Shown here: positions 28,271 to 41,800 of the stretch, one piece after another
Layout: each line of letters starts with the position of its first letter
Position numbering within the stretch: the stretch's first letter is position 1
Source: Blasia pusilla
Taxonomy: Eukaryota
Length of the DNA: 64,000 nucleotides
NCBI GenBank assembly: GCA_050084515.1
Contig: CM114271.1
Span: 41,726,001 to 41,790,000, forward strand
Reading direction: 5' to 3'
Position numbers and translations under genes: made by a program
Notes under the pieces: generated by a model
Seen by the model: only the letters and a program-made list of their open reading frames with translations
What the model was told of the DNA's origin: nothing
The model's database searches: none

Positions 28271-29282
28271 TGTCGCGACCCTCATAACCAAACAACACCA
28301 AATAGGCGCCAAGCGAAACAACATAACTCAAAGGAACTCACGCTGCGAGGTTTGCGCTTTGGAGAGGCGTTTGGAAGAGTCTCTTGGAAAAGTCTAAGAG
28401 ACGAAACGCGGAATAGAGTTGTGTGTTTCATGCGTTAGTGGTCACGACCAGGAAACCTAGACCAAATGCGAGCCGAGACTTGAGATGAGTTAAGTCTTGG
28501 GAGGTTGGTTGCCAAAGAGGTGAGAACCAGTTTGGAACACGACTAGCGTTTGGGAGAATCTGACTGTGTTTAGGACCATAACGTTAAGCTCCAAGATGCA
28601 TTCGAGACAAGTAAGGGTGCGTTGGAAAGCTGATCTTGAGACGCTTCCAACGCATCAAAGATCTCAGCAAACGCATAAGTACAAGCTGAGATATTGGCCA
28701 AAAACGATTGAGAGAGCAATCGGGTTGAGGGCCAATTGGAGAGGCCCGGGTGTCTTTCCCTAAATGTAGGGGGCCCCCGGAGATCCCCAGAAGTACTAGT
28801 AAGGGAGGACCTTCTCCGAGATGTCTCGGGAAACGAAACCCCACTTTGGGCGCCAAACGGCGTTTCAGAGGCACGGGATGGAACGGGAGTTTGGCGCGGA
28901 AACCCGAAACCCAAACCTGATCCAAGGGAGTGGACTTTGTACGCCACACTTGGATCCCAACCCGAGATTCAATTCGTGTGAGTCTTGGTGAGGAACTCTT
29001 TGGATGTCCATCGGACAGTTGGAACCACTAGGCGTCCTGAACCGACCAGAAAGTCTGCCCAAGTCTTTCGAGATTTTCCTGTGTTGTAAACCGCGAAACT
29101 AGGAAGGTTCAGCTTGATGAGAGTCCGAGACGAGAACTCGCAAAGTAACCCCGCTGATTGATCCAAGACCCGACTAACCAAAGTGCGTGTTTGGATGCAG
29201 ATCAGCGTTGAGAGCGTGACCTACTGAACGCACGCTTCCGCAACAAACAAGATTAACGTTCAAGGAGAGTAGGCGCACGACA
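28271..29282. mobile_element. Solo LTR (1012 bp) inserted in the Copia integrase region
   Basis: TGTCGCG...CACGACA termini with perfect 5-bp TSD AGAAA (28266-28270 / 29283-29287). Removal restores ...RKCSFLVYHKG. Confidence 0.9.
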
Positions 29283-32200
29283 AGAAAGCTGCACTTTCTA
29301 GTCTTTGGATCTTACTTATACCTCTTATCTTCCTGAACATGAACATATGCAAGGTATCAAAACACTCTAAGTAAAGAGTAATTTGCAAGAGTACCATGCC
29401 ACAACTCTATAGGTATTTTACATCCAATAGTACTAGTAGGAGATAGATTTATCAGATAACAAGATGTATTTACAGCTCTTGCCCATAAGCTTTTCTTGAT
29501 TCCTGCAGCGCTCAACATACTACGTGCTCTCTCCAATAGTGTATGATTCATCCGCCTTTCCACTCCATTTTGTTGATATGTGCCAGGAGTGGTGAAATAA
29601 CAGATGATGCCTTCCTTCTTACAAAATTATTCAAATTACCTAGACCAATACTTTCCACCATTGTTAGATCGTATGCGCTTGATCTTTCGACCGTTTTGCT
29701 TCTCTACCATTGTCTTCCATTATGAGAAGATAGAGAATACCTCTGATTTATTTTGCAAGAAGTAAATCCACACCCTTCTAGAATAATCATCCACAAAGGT
29801 GACATAATATAGGGTTCTGGTGAGAAGCAACAGATGCATAATCCCAGACATCTACATGTATATAATCTAGAGCTCCCTTTGTCCAGTGTACACTAATATT
29901 GAAGCTCACTCTACATTGTCTTGCAAATAGTCAATGCTCACACCAACTTACAAGACTTCATTCCTTTGAGCAACTCATGTTTTGACAGCTCCCTTGGTCC
30001 ACGTTCGCTCAAATGACCCAATTGTAGGTGCCACAATTATATAATATTTATTACGTCTCCGTTTGTTGTGGATGCTACTGCAACTTCACCTACAATGGTT
30101 TCACCTTCAAGCCAATACAAGATTCCAACCTACTTGCCCTTCATCAAGATCAAGGCTCCTTTTGAAACTCTTAGACCTCCATTCTCCGATGCCCATTTGC
30201 AGCCATTATCGACAAGCGCACCATGAGAAATCAAGTTCTCCCGTAGATCCAAGACATATTGCACCTGTCACATATGAGTAGCCGTTAGGTAGGGATCTAT
30301 CACGGCGACGGCATAGAGAGCCAGTGGACTATCGTGAGTATAACTTCGTCTTGAGGTGTCAGATGGAGTTGAGAATAGTTCCGTTGTATCAGGAACGTTG
30401 TTTCTGACAAATTTCCTTTCGGAGTCTTTCATAGCCGGGTGACTTGTTCAACAAGTCATCCGCCCTTAGTAACATGTGCACGCAAGTTACCATGAGGGTT
30501 GCTATCTTTAGGGGAGGAGCCTTTTGGCTCTTTCCACATAGGAGAGAGATGGCTTTCTCAAGCCATCTTTCTCATTTTGGGCCGTTGGAGCACCATTCTT
30601 GTAGGTGTGTGTGAGTTAGGGTATGTGAGTTAGAGTTGTGTAGGTTGTCCATTTTTTGTTCAAAGGGTCGTGCGCGGAAGCGCTGCTCATTTTTTTAGAT
30701 ATCGGTGGTGCAGATTTACAAGAAAGTGGGCGTGTAGTGTGGGGTTTGTTCCATGGTGTAAAGGGAGAAGGTCAAAGCTAAGTGCAGAGCCATACACACA
30801 CGGAGCTCAGGTAGGAGCAGAGCCGTTCTTGGAGCATATGAGCATCTTGGACATTGAAGTTGTAGAAAAAAAAGGGTTGCTCAAAGGGGCAACGGAGATG
30901 TCATTGTCTTAAGTACTAGAAGTACTCACTGGCTCATAGGGCTGTGTGCCTAGAGCGCTGCACAGGTCGGGAGCATGAGGATTTGGGCCCTCACAATAGA
31001 GAGAGAATACAGAGCATTTATTGCTCCCTTTATTTTTTTGCGCAATAAAAGTTGTCGGATTATCAATTGGAAGGGACGTTGAAACAAGTGACTTATTTAT
31101 AAATTAAAACTAAACTACAAGTTGGACGTGGTGGAGACTAGGCAAAGTTGGTTAGCTCGGTTCGCTCACATCCATGATGAGGTCGTGGTATCGGAACTCG
31201 GAAACGCACTGCCAGCATTAGAATTCCTTCCATAAACATTTTACGGAAAGCATTCCAGACTCTGGACATTTACTCCACGGGCGCGATATTTACCTCCACG
31301 GACGCGACCATCTGAACCGCAATAAAGGTTTTCGGTTCTCAATCTATCGAGAGCCGGGTTTGGGTAAGGCTGTGGTCAAAAGGCGGGAGGCTTGAGCGAG
31401 AACAAAGGACATCATACGGAGTCAGGCAAATTGGGATAAAGGAGCCGTGGTGCACTATGATAAGGCAAAGTTAAGACGGGCTCATAAGGGAGCCACGACG
31501 CGTGGAGAGGAGTCAAGTCGTGTCTAACCAGGTGTAAGGGGCAAGACACGTCCATAGGGATGCGCGCCAAAGGAAGAAAGGGCCGCGGTTCTGGGCTATG
31601 TATTCGGGTAGTGAAGAGTGAAGGCACAGTCAGAACTACCACGCAGTTGGGATTGTGCATGTACTAGGAGCGTCGTGGAAGTGGCGATTGGGCAATTACC
31701 CAGTCGTGAGGAGCGAATGTATGCGCGTGCCTGGGAGATAGAGAGACAGTTCGGGGGCTAGGAAGCACGTAACCAAGGGCGCGGTACGGGACAGTATCTG
31801 CGTGGAGTAATACGGATGGAGAGATGCGGGGTTGGAGAGAAGCATGTGTGAAAGGGAGCCGCGCCAGAGCGAAGAGGGAAGGTAGTATGAGGTCCGGACA
31901 GAGATGGCTCCAAGGTGGTGCGGAAGGTTAAGGAAGGTTGCGCATGTGTTTTCAAGCTGAGGAAAAGTCGTGAGGTCCTGGAGCGAGCTGAGGCCGGGGA
32001 GTTGCGGAAGTGGGTAGCCGGGACTCGAGAGAGGTTGGGGACACTGCCGCATAGGGCAACGTGTCCAAGCTGGGAAGGAGTGGGGCTAGTGAAGCCACAA
32101 CGGGAGTCACATACGTGGGCGGCATGCGGGCCGTCTTAATGACAGATACATGCAGTGGAGGTTCGAAGGATACTAGTGGAGTGTGTCCATAGGGACACGT

Positions 32201-32364
32201 TCAGAACGGGGTAAGGTAGAAAGACCCCCAACGCGGGCCTGTAAAGGCAGGGAAGCGCACATGGGACTGCGTGCCTTAAGCAGGGACAAACTGTGAGTAA
32301 AGAGAGGAACGCGCACCTGGGTAGAGTGATGTGGTAAGTTGGATGAACGCGGTCAGACGAATCA

Positions 32365-32785
32365 GACGTGGTAGGAGCTACTTGGTGGCCAGGTTACCTG
32401 GTTAGAGCTAGGCAAGGTTGGAGCTGCTTATGTAGTTAGGAGATCCTACGTGGCTGAGTGGGGCTTGCACTGAGTTTTTCATAGTTGAGATTTTCTGGAC
32501 ATTATTTTCGGAGGACTGAGCTGACTGCCGGCAAGGTGGGTGAGCTACACTAATAGTTTACGACGAGGTGTTACTGACGTGGTAGGGGCTCTTGGTGGTG
32601 GGTTACCTGGTTAGAGCTAGGCAAGGTTGGAGCTGCTTACGTACTTAGGAGATCCTACGTGGCTGAGTGGGCTTGCACTGAGTTTTTCATAGTTGAGATT
32701 TTTCGGACATTATTTTTGGAGGACTGTGCTGACTGCCGGCAAGGTGGGTGAGCTACACCGACAATATACGACATGGTGTTACTGA
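32365..32785 (+). repeat. Tandem duplication of a ~211-bp unit in the Gypsy 5' leader
   Basis: Units start GACGTGGTAGG at 32365 and 32576 and are highly similar throughout. Confidence 0.9.
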
Positions 32786-34662
32786 TGGAGTGTCAGTATG
32801 ATGATATCGATGGGTAGTCCACGTATGTTGATGGGAGGATCCATTTGTTGTGCGAGGAGATGGTTGTGTTGCGGGGTTGCCGAGCCATATGGAGGAGTGA
32901 GTGTTGATGGAGCAGTTGATTGGCGGGAGTATTCACGTTACCCATTCGAGTCCCTTTTCCCGCACTTGTCTCGTGTCAATGAGGGTGCTGGGTTGGGAAA
33001 TAGCACATGCTAGATGGGTTCACTTATGGTGAAGAGTGTAGATTTCTTTCATATTTAGCATGTTTGTACGGCGGTTGCCGAGTAGGGGTCGAGTGTATGA
33101 CCCAAGAGTATGTTGGAAATTAGGTGAGATAGTCGGGAGGCTCGGGGTGAGCCCGGTGTTGAGTGTGTGTGAGACCGGGTGTGTCATCACGGAGTTACCA
33201 TTAGCATAGGTGTGCTAGTGAGGATCACGAGAGACTCTTGGTGAGTCTAAGTGTTTGAGCGAGTGAGACAAGATGATCATCATGGCGTTCTTCTAGGGTT
33301 GGAAAGAACGGGGTAGTTTGAGCAGTAGTGGTGGTGTGACATGGAGTGGGATGAGTTATCGAGGGATTTTTAGTGAGGAGCCACCTCAACTTCCATCTGT
33401 AGTTGGATCGTCATCACCATACAACCGGTCTGGTGACAAGATCGTAGACGAAGGCAATGTCACTTGGCAGGAGATGGACGACATGAGCCATCGGGGCATA
33501 CATTGTTTCTCGGGTGTAGGGCACCATCGACTTAGATGACTTCATCCATGAATTTTACACGTGGTAGGACTTCAAGGAGATACAGACCCCGACACGGTTC
33601 AACCCTTTGATGGCATGGAAGGGGTGGTTCCAACACTTGGAGGGTCCTTCGATGGATGATTACATGGATTTTTTATCGCTCTGTTTAGTAGAGATCGATG
33701 CCTGGAGGATGTATTGGGCTCCACGGTATGTATCCACTAGTGGTCGCAAGGCATACTATGAAATCGTGAGAGGAGAGAGATCCTCACTATCAACCCGGAG
33801 ACTAGATGGAGAGGACAACAGTAGTACAGGCAATGTGGCCGAGACCTCCGGTGGTAGAGGGCCACCCATCTTCAGTCCCACAATAGAGTTCTTCCGACAG
33901 TTGGGGAAGAGCTACCAGGGCGTATGCACCGACAAGCTAAAGAGTCTACAGGATTTTCAACGGCAATCGGGTGAGAGTATGAGAGATGCATTCACACGCA
34001 TGAGGAGGTTGATCATTGCTACTTATGGAGTGATTGAGGCATAGTCAATCCAATATTTGTGCGGGCTTCTGGACCAAGACCTACGGAGGAGGGTCCGAGA
34101 TGTGGTGTTGATTCACACAGCAAAGCCCACATTGAAGGTGGTTTTTGAGTTGTCTGAGCGTATTGAGCTCAACATGAGTGAGGAGCATATAGTGAATACT
34201 ATATTTTCCCCAGAGTCGACGGGTTCACGATTGATGGTTACCCCACAGGTGCCACATCGAGCACCTGTACCACGGGAGTCGGCTAGTGTGCCTAGAGAGC
34301 AAGGCGGGTACCATGAGCCTGTGAGGCAACGATTCGTGCATACGTATGTTGCCCAGCAGGGACCGATGATGTCTTGTTGGACGTGTGGTGGGCCTCATAG
34401 GTAGAGAGATTGCCCACAGCATAGGAGAGGATCCATAGGGGATGGCCCCGCCACAGTATCAATGTGACTATTGCCACAGATGTGGTCACCCTAGGGATAG
34501 ATGTTTTGACCTTCATCGAGAGACACGTTCACAGTAAGGTTGAGGACTTGGGGGTGGTCGTCTTGGAAGAGACCGAGGAGGTGTTGCTTGACGTAGTGGT
34601 AGAGGATCACCACCCACCACATGAGATGGAGCGGGAGCACCAAAGTCGGCACTTCTCTCACG

Positions 34663-35165
34663 TGTAATGTCTTTTAGGATAGATCGGTGAGATCTAGTAG
34701 AGTGCCTTCACGAGTAGTGGAGGATAGACTCAGTAGGTTGAGGATGACCTGATGAGGCCCCGGGAAACCTGAGAGAGCAGGTTTTCCCTTCGTTTCGGCT
34801 CATTTGGAGCCATATTGAGGAACATACTATTTTAGGTAAGTACCATTTTGAGTCTGTGATCAACTTTCTATTTTTTGGTAAGTGGCCCTTGACCTCCTCC
34901 ATCAGGTCAAGAGCCAAGGAGTCGACTTGGGAGCATAGGTTACCATGGAGAGAGCTTGGGAGAGGGGAGGGGTATACCTCAAGGAGAGAGTGCTTGAGAG
35001 CTCATTCTCTCTTTGTTGAACCTCTTGGATTGAGGCGGCGGAGCTATGGTCTTGCTTGCCTTGTGTGTGTAACCCAAACCTCTCATTAGAAGAGTGGGTT
35101 TGGTTTGACATTGAGAGAGACATGTGAGAACTATGGTGTTGTGAGAGAGATTGGATCTTATTTTA
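34663..35165 (+). mobile_element. 5' terminal repeat of a nested related retrotransposon, homologous to the solo LTR at 61448-62092 (opposite strand)
   Basis: Begins TGTAATGTCTTTTAGGATAGATCGG. It aligns to the reverse complement of 61575-62092; ORF translations 34902-35123(-) and 61621-61830(+) are near identical. Confidence 0.8.
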
Positions 35166-37704
35166 CAAAGAAAGAATGAGTGAGTGAGAGAGCTTCATGG
35201 GATAGCTCGCTGGTCACTCGCTGGTTTTGTAGGTTGGGGATTGTATTCCCCGTTCAGCGGTTCATGGGAGTGCTCACCAGAGCAAGAGCCGCTTACTTGT
35301 GATGTTTCCTTTGCCGATTTTTCGTGTGGAAGAGTGGCGCGCGGAAGCGTTGCCCAATTTTTTATAGGGATTGAGTATGGGGGCAGGTTGCCCCATGCCA
35401 ATGCTCTCGAAAGCACCATGTAGCTTGCTGATTTTTTTTCTCACATATTTTACATTTTCGTTGGGAGAAATCAGCGCGGAAGCGTTGCCAACTTTTGTGT
35501 AAGAGAAAGAGACATTGGGCTTTACAACAGTCCATGTCAATTTTTACTGGAATATCTGACTCCTTTTTTGATGCTATCATAGATCATGAAGCTTTGCACA
35601 CTGTACAACAACCGGTGTGCAATTTGGACTTGCGAGCAAAAAGTTATGGTTAATCTTGCAAAACTCCCATTGCGAGGTAATTTTTAGGGTTAAATTGTTC
35701 AAACCTTAAACCAGCCGCCGCGCCGTCATAGTCACCGTCAATGGTCAACGGTCAACCATCACCATCAATGGTCAACCGTCACCATCACCGTCAACAGTCC
35801 ACCATCCACCATCGGCCGTTGCCGTCGCCTAGTGCTACTCAGAGCCGCGTTCAGTCGTTGTCTACCCTTTGGTTGCCATTGCCTCCATTACGGAGTGGAG
35901 GGTCTTCCATGACTACCGTTGATTCTCTGACTTGCGCCGCCACCACGTACTTTGGTTTGGCCGCCACCGTCATCGCAATTTCGTCATCAACCAGTGATGG
36001 TAGATGACCTCCGGTTATGGTGTTTGAGTTTTCATTTCATGTTGCTATGTTGGGATTGGTAGTTGCTCAACGATGATCGAGTACTATGCTGTAACATCCG
36101 TAGCCGCAACGCGCCGCCGATTGCCGCACCCTGCCGCTTGTGGCTGCACCGCACTGTCTCGATCGTGGAGCCGCTCCTTCACTAAGGTGCAGAGCGTGTG
36201 AATTTCTGATTGAGGAGGATATGCCACCGAGTGCCGTGCCGTTCAGTGCCGCTAGTGCCACAACGGACCATTGGACCTACACCGCACATCGAGGAGGTTT
36301 GGGCAGCGTCAGTACGAGAGGAGTACAGCTTGCTGATTGGAGGAGTTGTCTTCACGACCGAGTTGGGGTCGAGATTTTTGCAGTTGGCGAGGAGCAACAT
36401 TGACATTATTGTCAGGTTATCCATTATGGTCTCTTACCCTACAAGTGTGAGGGATTTTCGGATATTGGGAAGTTGTTTGGGATATTGGGTTTTGTGTTGA
36501 TGCTAGGAGCATTGATGATGTATGGGTTTAAGATACATAGACCTGTTTGGGATGTCTAGAGTTGAGGATGGTTTGTCGATGAGACGATATATCGGTTGAT
36601 TTTCCGCACCACGCTGCTTGTTGCCGCACAACACACATCTCAGTGAGAGAGTGTAGATTGAATATCGCATGTTTAGTTTGAGTGATTGAGGGATTACTCA
36701 CAAGATTGAGAGTGATCATGTGAGAGGGGCACAAGGGCCATCACGACGTCCTTTTGGGATTTTGAGAGGCGAGGTAGTGGACCTGAGAGTAGCTCTGAAG
36801 GGTAACCGGAGTGGTGCAAGGTTTCGAGGGTTTCCACATAAGAGACCATCTCAATCTCCTTCTAAGTCATCTTCAGATGAGGGGGAGCATATAGAGGAGT
36901 GTGTTAGTGATCCACCATACACATTGAGTGGTCTTACCAGTTGGGCGTGCGAGATGGACAGGGGGTAGAGGACGCGAGGTTTTAGTCTTGTAGGCACTAT
37001 AGAGGGGGTGTACGGTAGGAGAGAGGTAGGAGAGAGGAAGAGAGGAGGGTCTCTTTAATAAAAAAGGGGCCAAATCTGCCTCCTCTCTTCAAAACTTTTT
37101 GACATATTTGAAATTTTGGTTTGCTTTCAAATTCATGAAATCTTTAGAAGAGAATAGGTAGTGGTCCACATTTGGGCCTTAAGAAACCTCCTTTTCTCAG
37201 GGGGCGAAAAACAAGTAGACATCATAAGACCACTACAAACATTTTTCCATCACTCTCCATGTGAGCCTAAGTTTCTTCACATTGCCTGTCTCTAGTCTCT
37301 GATGTGTGTGCGAGGGCTATTTTTTTTGGAGGACCATGGGCAAATAATGTGACCAGAAGTAGCAATCTCATCTCAATGAAAGGTTCAAATAAAGACCAAC
37401 TTTGTGAAATGTGAACATAGGAGACGACAATTAAACCAAAAAATTGTTAGCTTTCTGGAGTAAAGAGAAACTGATGTCCCTTCATTCGGATCCTAAATCT
37501 GATAAACCGAGAAGCTGCACCCCTCCCAACCCGTCAGAATTTTACAGGTTCCAACTCTTGCAACCCGTCCAAATCAGATGGCTTGCACCCCTTGCAAGCA
37601 AGCTCAACATAACAAAGGAAAGATTTTGAGAAGTGATTCCATTCCACCCTGCACCCACGAAAATTCAACTGTTTGGGAATCCGAAATGGCAATCCGACAG
37701 GTTA

Positions 37705-38797
37705 TAGGAATCCAGCACGTCTTAGAGAAGGAAAGAAGCCTAAGACTGGTTTGACGAAACTAGGGGAATGAGCCAAAAGTGAAGAAGCCCGTCACAATGC
37801 TTCAGAATTTGGTCTCCCAGGGAAAGAGTCCGATCACTCAAGCAGCCAACCTGTCGAAATCCGACAGCTTGCCTGGAAATGGTTGAAAAGTTGAAATGTT
37901 CAAAAAATGAAAAATTGCAACCCATCGGAATCCGATGGGGTGCAAAATTGTAATTCTGAATAGCTAGACGAACACAATCCACAAGTCCAAAAGAAATATT
38001 CAACAAACTTTTAAAAACACCATTATCGGTTGAAAAAATCTCGTCCTTTATTTCATCCGAAGGAATCTCGGAAATGTACATTTGATCTAGTCTATGATTT
38101 CTTCAGCCTCGTCATCTACAAATTTACTCCTAACTCTCCTAGGTTCCTATACAAAAGGAATGTCCTAGGATATAAGTGGCTCCTCTGGCCGATTGTAGAC
38201 GGGGATCGAAAATGTTGGCGAATTCGAGAGCCTTGGCCCTCCCCTAGGTACACCATAACGGTCCCATGTAACCTAATTTGAGTTCCACCGCCTTCTTTGG
38301 CAGTATATCTTGTCCGCTCTGCAATGTGACACCCATCCAGTATCAATATGTGTTCCGTCCTTGGAAATACCATGATGGCAATCCCACATGTAGTAGGAAT
38401 CCAACATGTCTTAGAGAAGAGATGAAGCCTACGGCTTGTTTGACGATACTAGAAGAAGGTGCCAAAGTGAAGAAGCTTGCCAGAATGGCTGTAAAGAGTC
38501 CAAAAGAGTCCGATCACTCATGCAGCCAACTTATCGGAATTCGATAGGTTGCCTGGAAGTGGTTAAAAAGGTATAGTGATCAAAAAGTGAAAAGTTGCAA
38601 GCCGGGGAAATCCGGCGGGTTGCAAAATAGAAGCCCTCGGAGTACATATACTATCACATTTGACAAGACCAAAAAAGATATTCAACAAACTTTTACAAAC
38701 ACCATCATCGTTCGAAAAAATATTTTTCTTTATTACATCCGAAAGAAGCTCGGAACTGTACATTTGATCTATTCTATGAAATCTTTTGCCTCGTCAT
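37705..38797 (+). repeat. Diverged ~410-bp direct repeat (37705-38116 / 38395-38797)
   Basis: Shared blocks in the same order: AGGAATCCA..TCTTAGAGAAG, AAAGTGAAGAAGC, AGAGTCCGATCACTCA, TATTCAACAAACTTTTA, GCCTCGTCATC. Confidence 0.8.
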
Positions 38798-38854
38798 CAA
38801 ATAAATCCCTACTCCAAACGCTGTAGTCAAGTTGGGTCCTTGAGTTCTTTGAAC

Positions 38855-41800
38855 TCACTCGTCATCATCCGAGAGCTCTTCCAAGATTATTGTCAGCCTT
38901 GCCCTCCCGATTTTCAGAATCGTGGGAAGTGACGATTGTGTCCCTACCAATGGTGGGTCTGGAACCGGAGCTCTTGGCTTCAGAGGAGAGTTGTACGCCC
39001 TAACTAGCATGTCGTAATCTGCCTTTGCAAAGGTCAAACATTTGTTGCCTTCCCTCAAGGAAAAGAATATTCCTGCCACTCTGCCACGCGCCTCTGATAC
39101 TCGCTCCTGAAAGGCCCACTAAGTCGAACACCAAGTCACTCGGCCTTGAGCAGAGCTCGATTAGCGTTTGCATCAGGGCTGGCGACTTTTCTCTTCCTCC
39201 AAGTAAGGGGGTACCGTCTTGCATGTAAATTCTCGGGGGGGAATTGTATAAACTATCTAAGATGTATCCATCGGAGCATGGATCCATAGGATCCAGGATC
39301 TTAAACACCTGGAAGTTGTGCTTGGGCCGAACAAAGCAGTAAACATAGGAGTGGTACATCTGTAAAGAAGCACGCTGGAAACAATGTCAGCAACAAGAAA
39401 GAGCTACTTGGCCACTGGTCTACTCTCAGAATGGTGACATAATGTGCAACACGTTCCCAGAGAACTTCGCTGAACCCCAGTGAACTTCTTTATAATCCTA
39501 ACATTGGAGCAACCTGTCGGAGTCCGACGGGTTGTTTTACAAGTGTTAGTGATTTTTTTGTCCATGAGCAACCCGTTGGAAGGCGACAGGTTGCTGGCTT
39601 AGAGCATCCCATGGTTGGCTAAGAGCAACCTGTCGCTTTCCGACGGGTTGCATCATTCCAGAAACACAAGGAAAAAGCATGAGCACTTGCAACCCGTCGG
39701 GTTTCGACGGGTTGCATTCACCCAATGGAGACTTGCGGTAAATTTGCATTCGTCGCTTTCAGATGGATTGCACCACCGCCGTCTCCAGCTCAAACAATCC
39801 GACAGGTTGCATACAGAGATGCAACCCGTCGGAGAAAGAGAATTTGAATACAAATTTAGAGCCCTTACCCGAATTTGACTCGTCGCGGATCGGAGTGGGT
39901 ACTCGTTCTTGATGACCCACGATTGTGCCGTCCTCCACTTTAGCGACCTCTTAACGCATTGGAGGTTGAAGAGCTCATCCTCGCTCCTTCCAGTCAAAAC
40001 TAAGAAATAGCCCCTGTCACTGAGATAAGCGTCTACAAAGGAAAACAGGAGCGCGATCTGGTCATAAGAAAGAGGGGCATTCCAGTTTGGGATCCCGTCG
40101 GACGGATTCTCGTCCCACAAGCGCAACCCTGAGGGCAAATCAGCGTTGTCAATTTCTCGATGGCGGGTGTCGACGCTTGGGAATTGAAACTTTTCAGCTC
40201 ATCCAGAAGATTACTGCACTGAATGATGACGCTTGTCCGGGTCGTTGTTTCTCTATGTCTTCCCAAGGATGATGGAATGTATTCCACATCCTGGTTTGCT
40301 CCCAGGGACAACCCTGGCGCCTCTCGCTTCCGCTTCTCCCGAGTCTGCGGTCGGCTTGTTGGGGTCTCTATGACCTCAGACTCTAGTGGAGTTTTTTTTG
40401 CGGAGGACCTGGTCCCACCCTCTCTCCCCACTCGCCCGGACAATTCCGGCTCTCGCCTTGAATTTTCAGCTTCTCTTAGGGAAGACTCGGCCTTGGAATT
40501 CTTCAATCCCCTCGCCTTGGTTTTGAGATCTGTTGTAGATTTGTCCTTGGCGGTGACGACCTTGGACACCAACTCCGCTGTCTTGAGGGCTTGTTCCTCT
40601 GCATCTCCTTCGAAAAAGTCTTTAGGATGCACAAAATTGGGGATGTCGTCCCTACCTGCGGTCACTCCATCATAGAGAAGGCGTAGATCTTTCTTGGTTA
40701 CGTCCTCACGGTCGTTGAAGTCCAGCCACATCGGGAAATTCTCCACCTCCCAATCAGACATGCTTTGAGCCATCTCCATGTCGTACATGGAAAATGTCTC
40801 TCCATCAGGCGGAGAAGCCCACAATTTGCAAGTTGCCGGTATTTTTGCCGATTAAGCGCATTCTTACAATAGGCAGGTACCGAACACCATGCGTTAGGCT
40901 CTTAGTCGAGATGCATCGGCCGCCTGCTCCTGAAGATCTCGCTTCTTCTTTGCGAAATCCCTTTTTTCGCTTCTATTTCTTCGTCAAGGTCTGCATGAGG
41001 GAGGATGTGATCCTTGAACATCGTCCTGAAACCTGGGTTTTTAATGGGCTTGTCCCGCATGTCATCCAGCCAAAGTTCAAAATCTTCAGCATTCTCCAGG
41101 TTTACTTCCACCGGAACTGGCTCTATTCTTTTCAGCTCCGCTTGGAGACCCACGAGCATGGACTTTCCAAGAAGCCACAACGCATCCCAGAATGACCATT
41201 CACGGAGCCAGTGGGAGATCACTGGATCAGAGACACCCGGAGGATGGTGTGTTGCCCTCTTTTGGGCCTCTGTGCCCTCGAGACTGATTTTCATCAGTCG
41301 GATTCTCCTAAATTTTCTAACTCTAGACAAGGAAAATTGATGCACGCGATTGAGAGACACTTTCTCCCCAATCCGACCTTGCGGATCTTCATCCCTCTTC
41401 TGCTGGCGCTTGATTATCGCCTTCAGCTCCTTGTAGAAATCGGGGCCAAGTTCGGGGTTGAGAATGGTGATGTAGTGTTGCATCTTGCTTGCCGTGAACT
41501 TCGTTGATGCAGATATTGCAGCTTGGATGAACTTTGCACGCTCAGACACAGACACTTTCTCCCTCCGCTGTCGTATAGTAAAATCAACCAGTGTGTAAAC
41601 TCCTTCATCATTAAGTGTTAGAAAGAGTTTCATTAGTATTAAGTAAATTGGCTTAGAAAAAGGAGATTCTTAGGAGTGTCGGGAGAATCCGTGCAGATAG
41701 AGGTGAGTTGAATGCGGAGGAAGCACGAGAGTTCTTCAGGAGATATGGAGTCCAGTTGAGATTAACAACCTCCATGAATCCGGAGGCAAACGGCAAGAGC

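Noticed and set aside
31187-31200. TGGTATCGGAAC as PBS of the 30266 element
   Set aside because: Not preceded by an LTR CA end and not seen in the homologous 46605 copy.
35717-36500. GC-rich ORFs and CCGTCA/CCATCA low-complexity tract
   Set aside because: Low-complexity TE-internal sequence; translations have no recognisable homology.
37231-37240. CACTACAAAC as a CACTA terminus for the amino-MTase unit
   Set aside because: No matching right-hand TIR or TSD found; too short to call alone.
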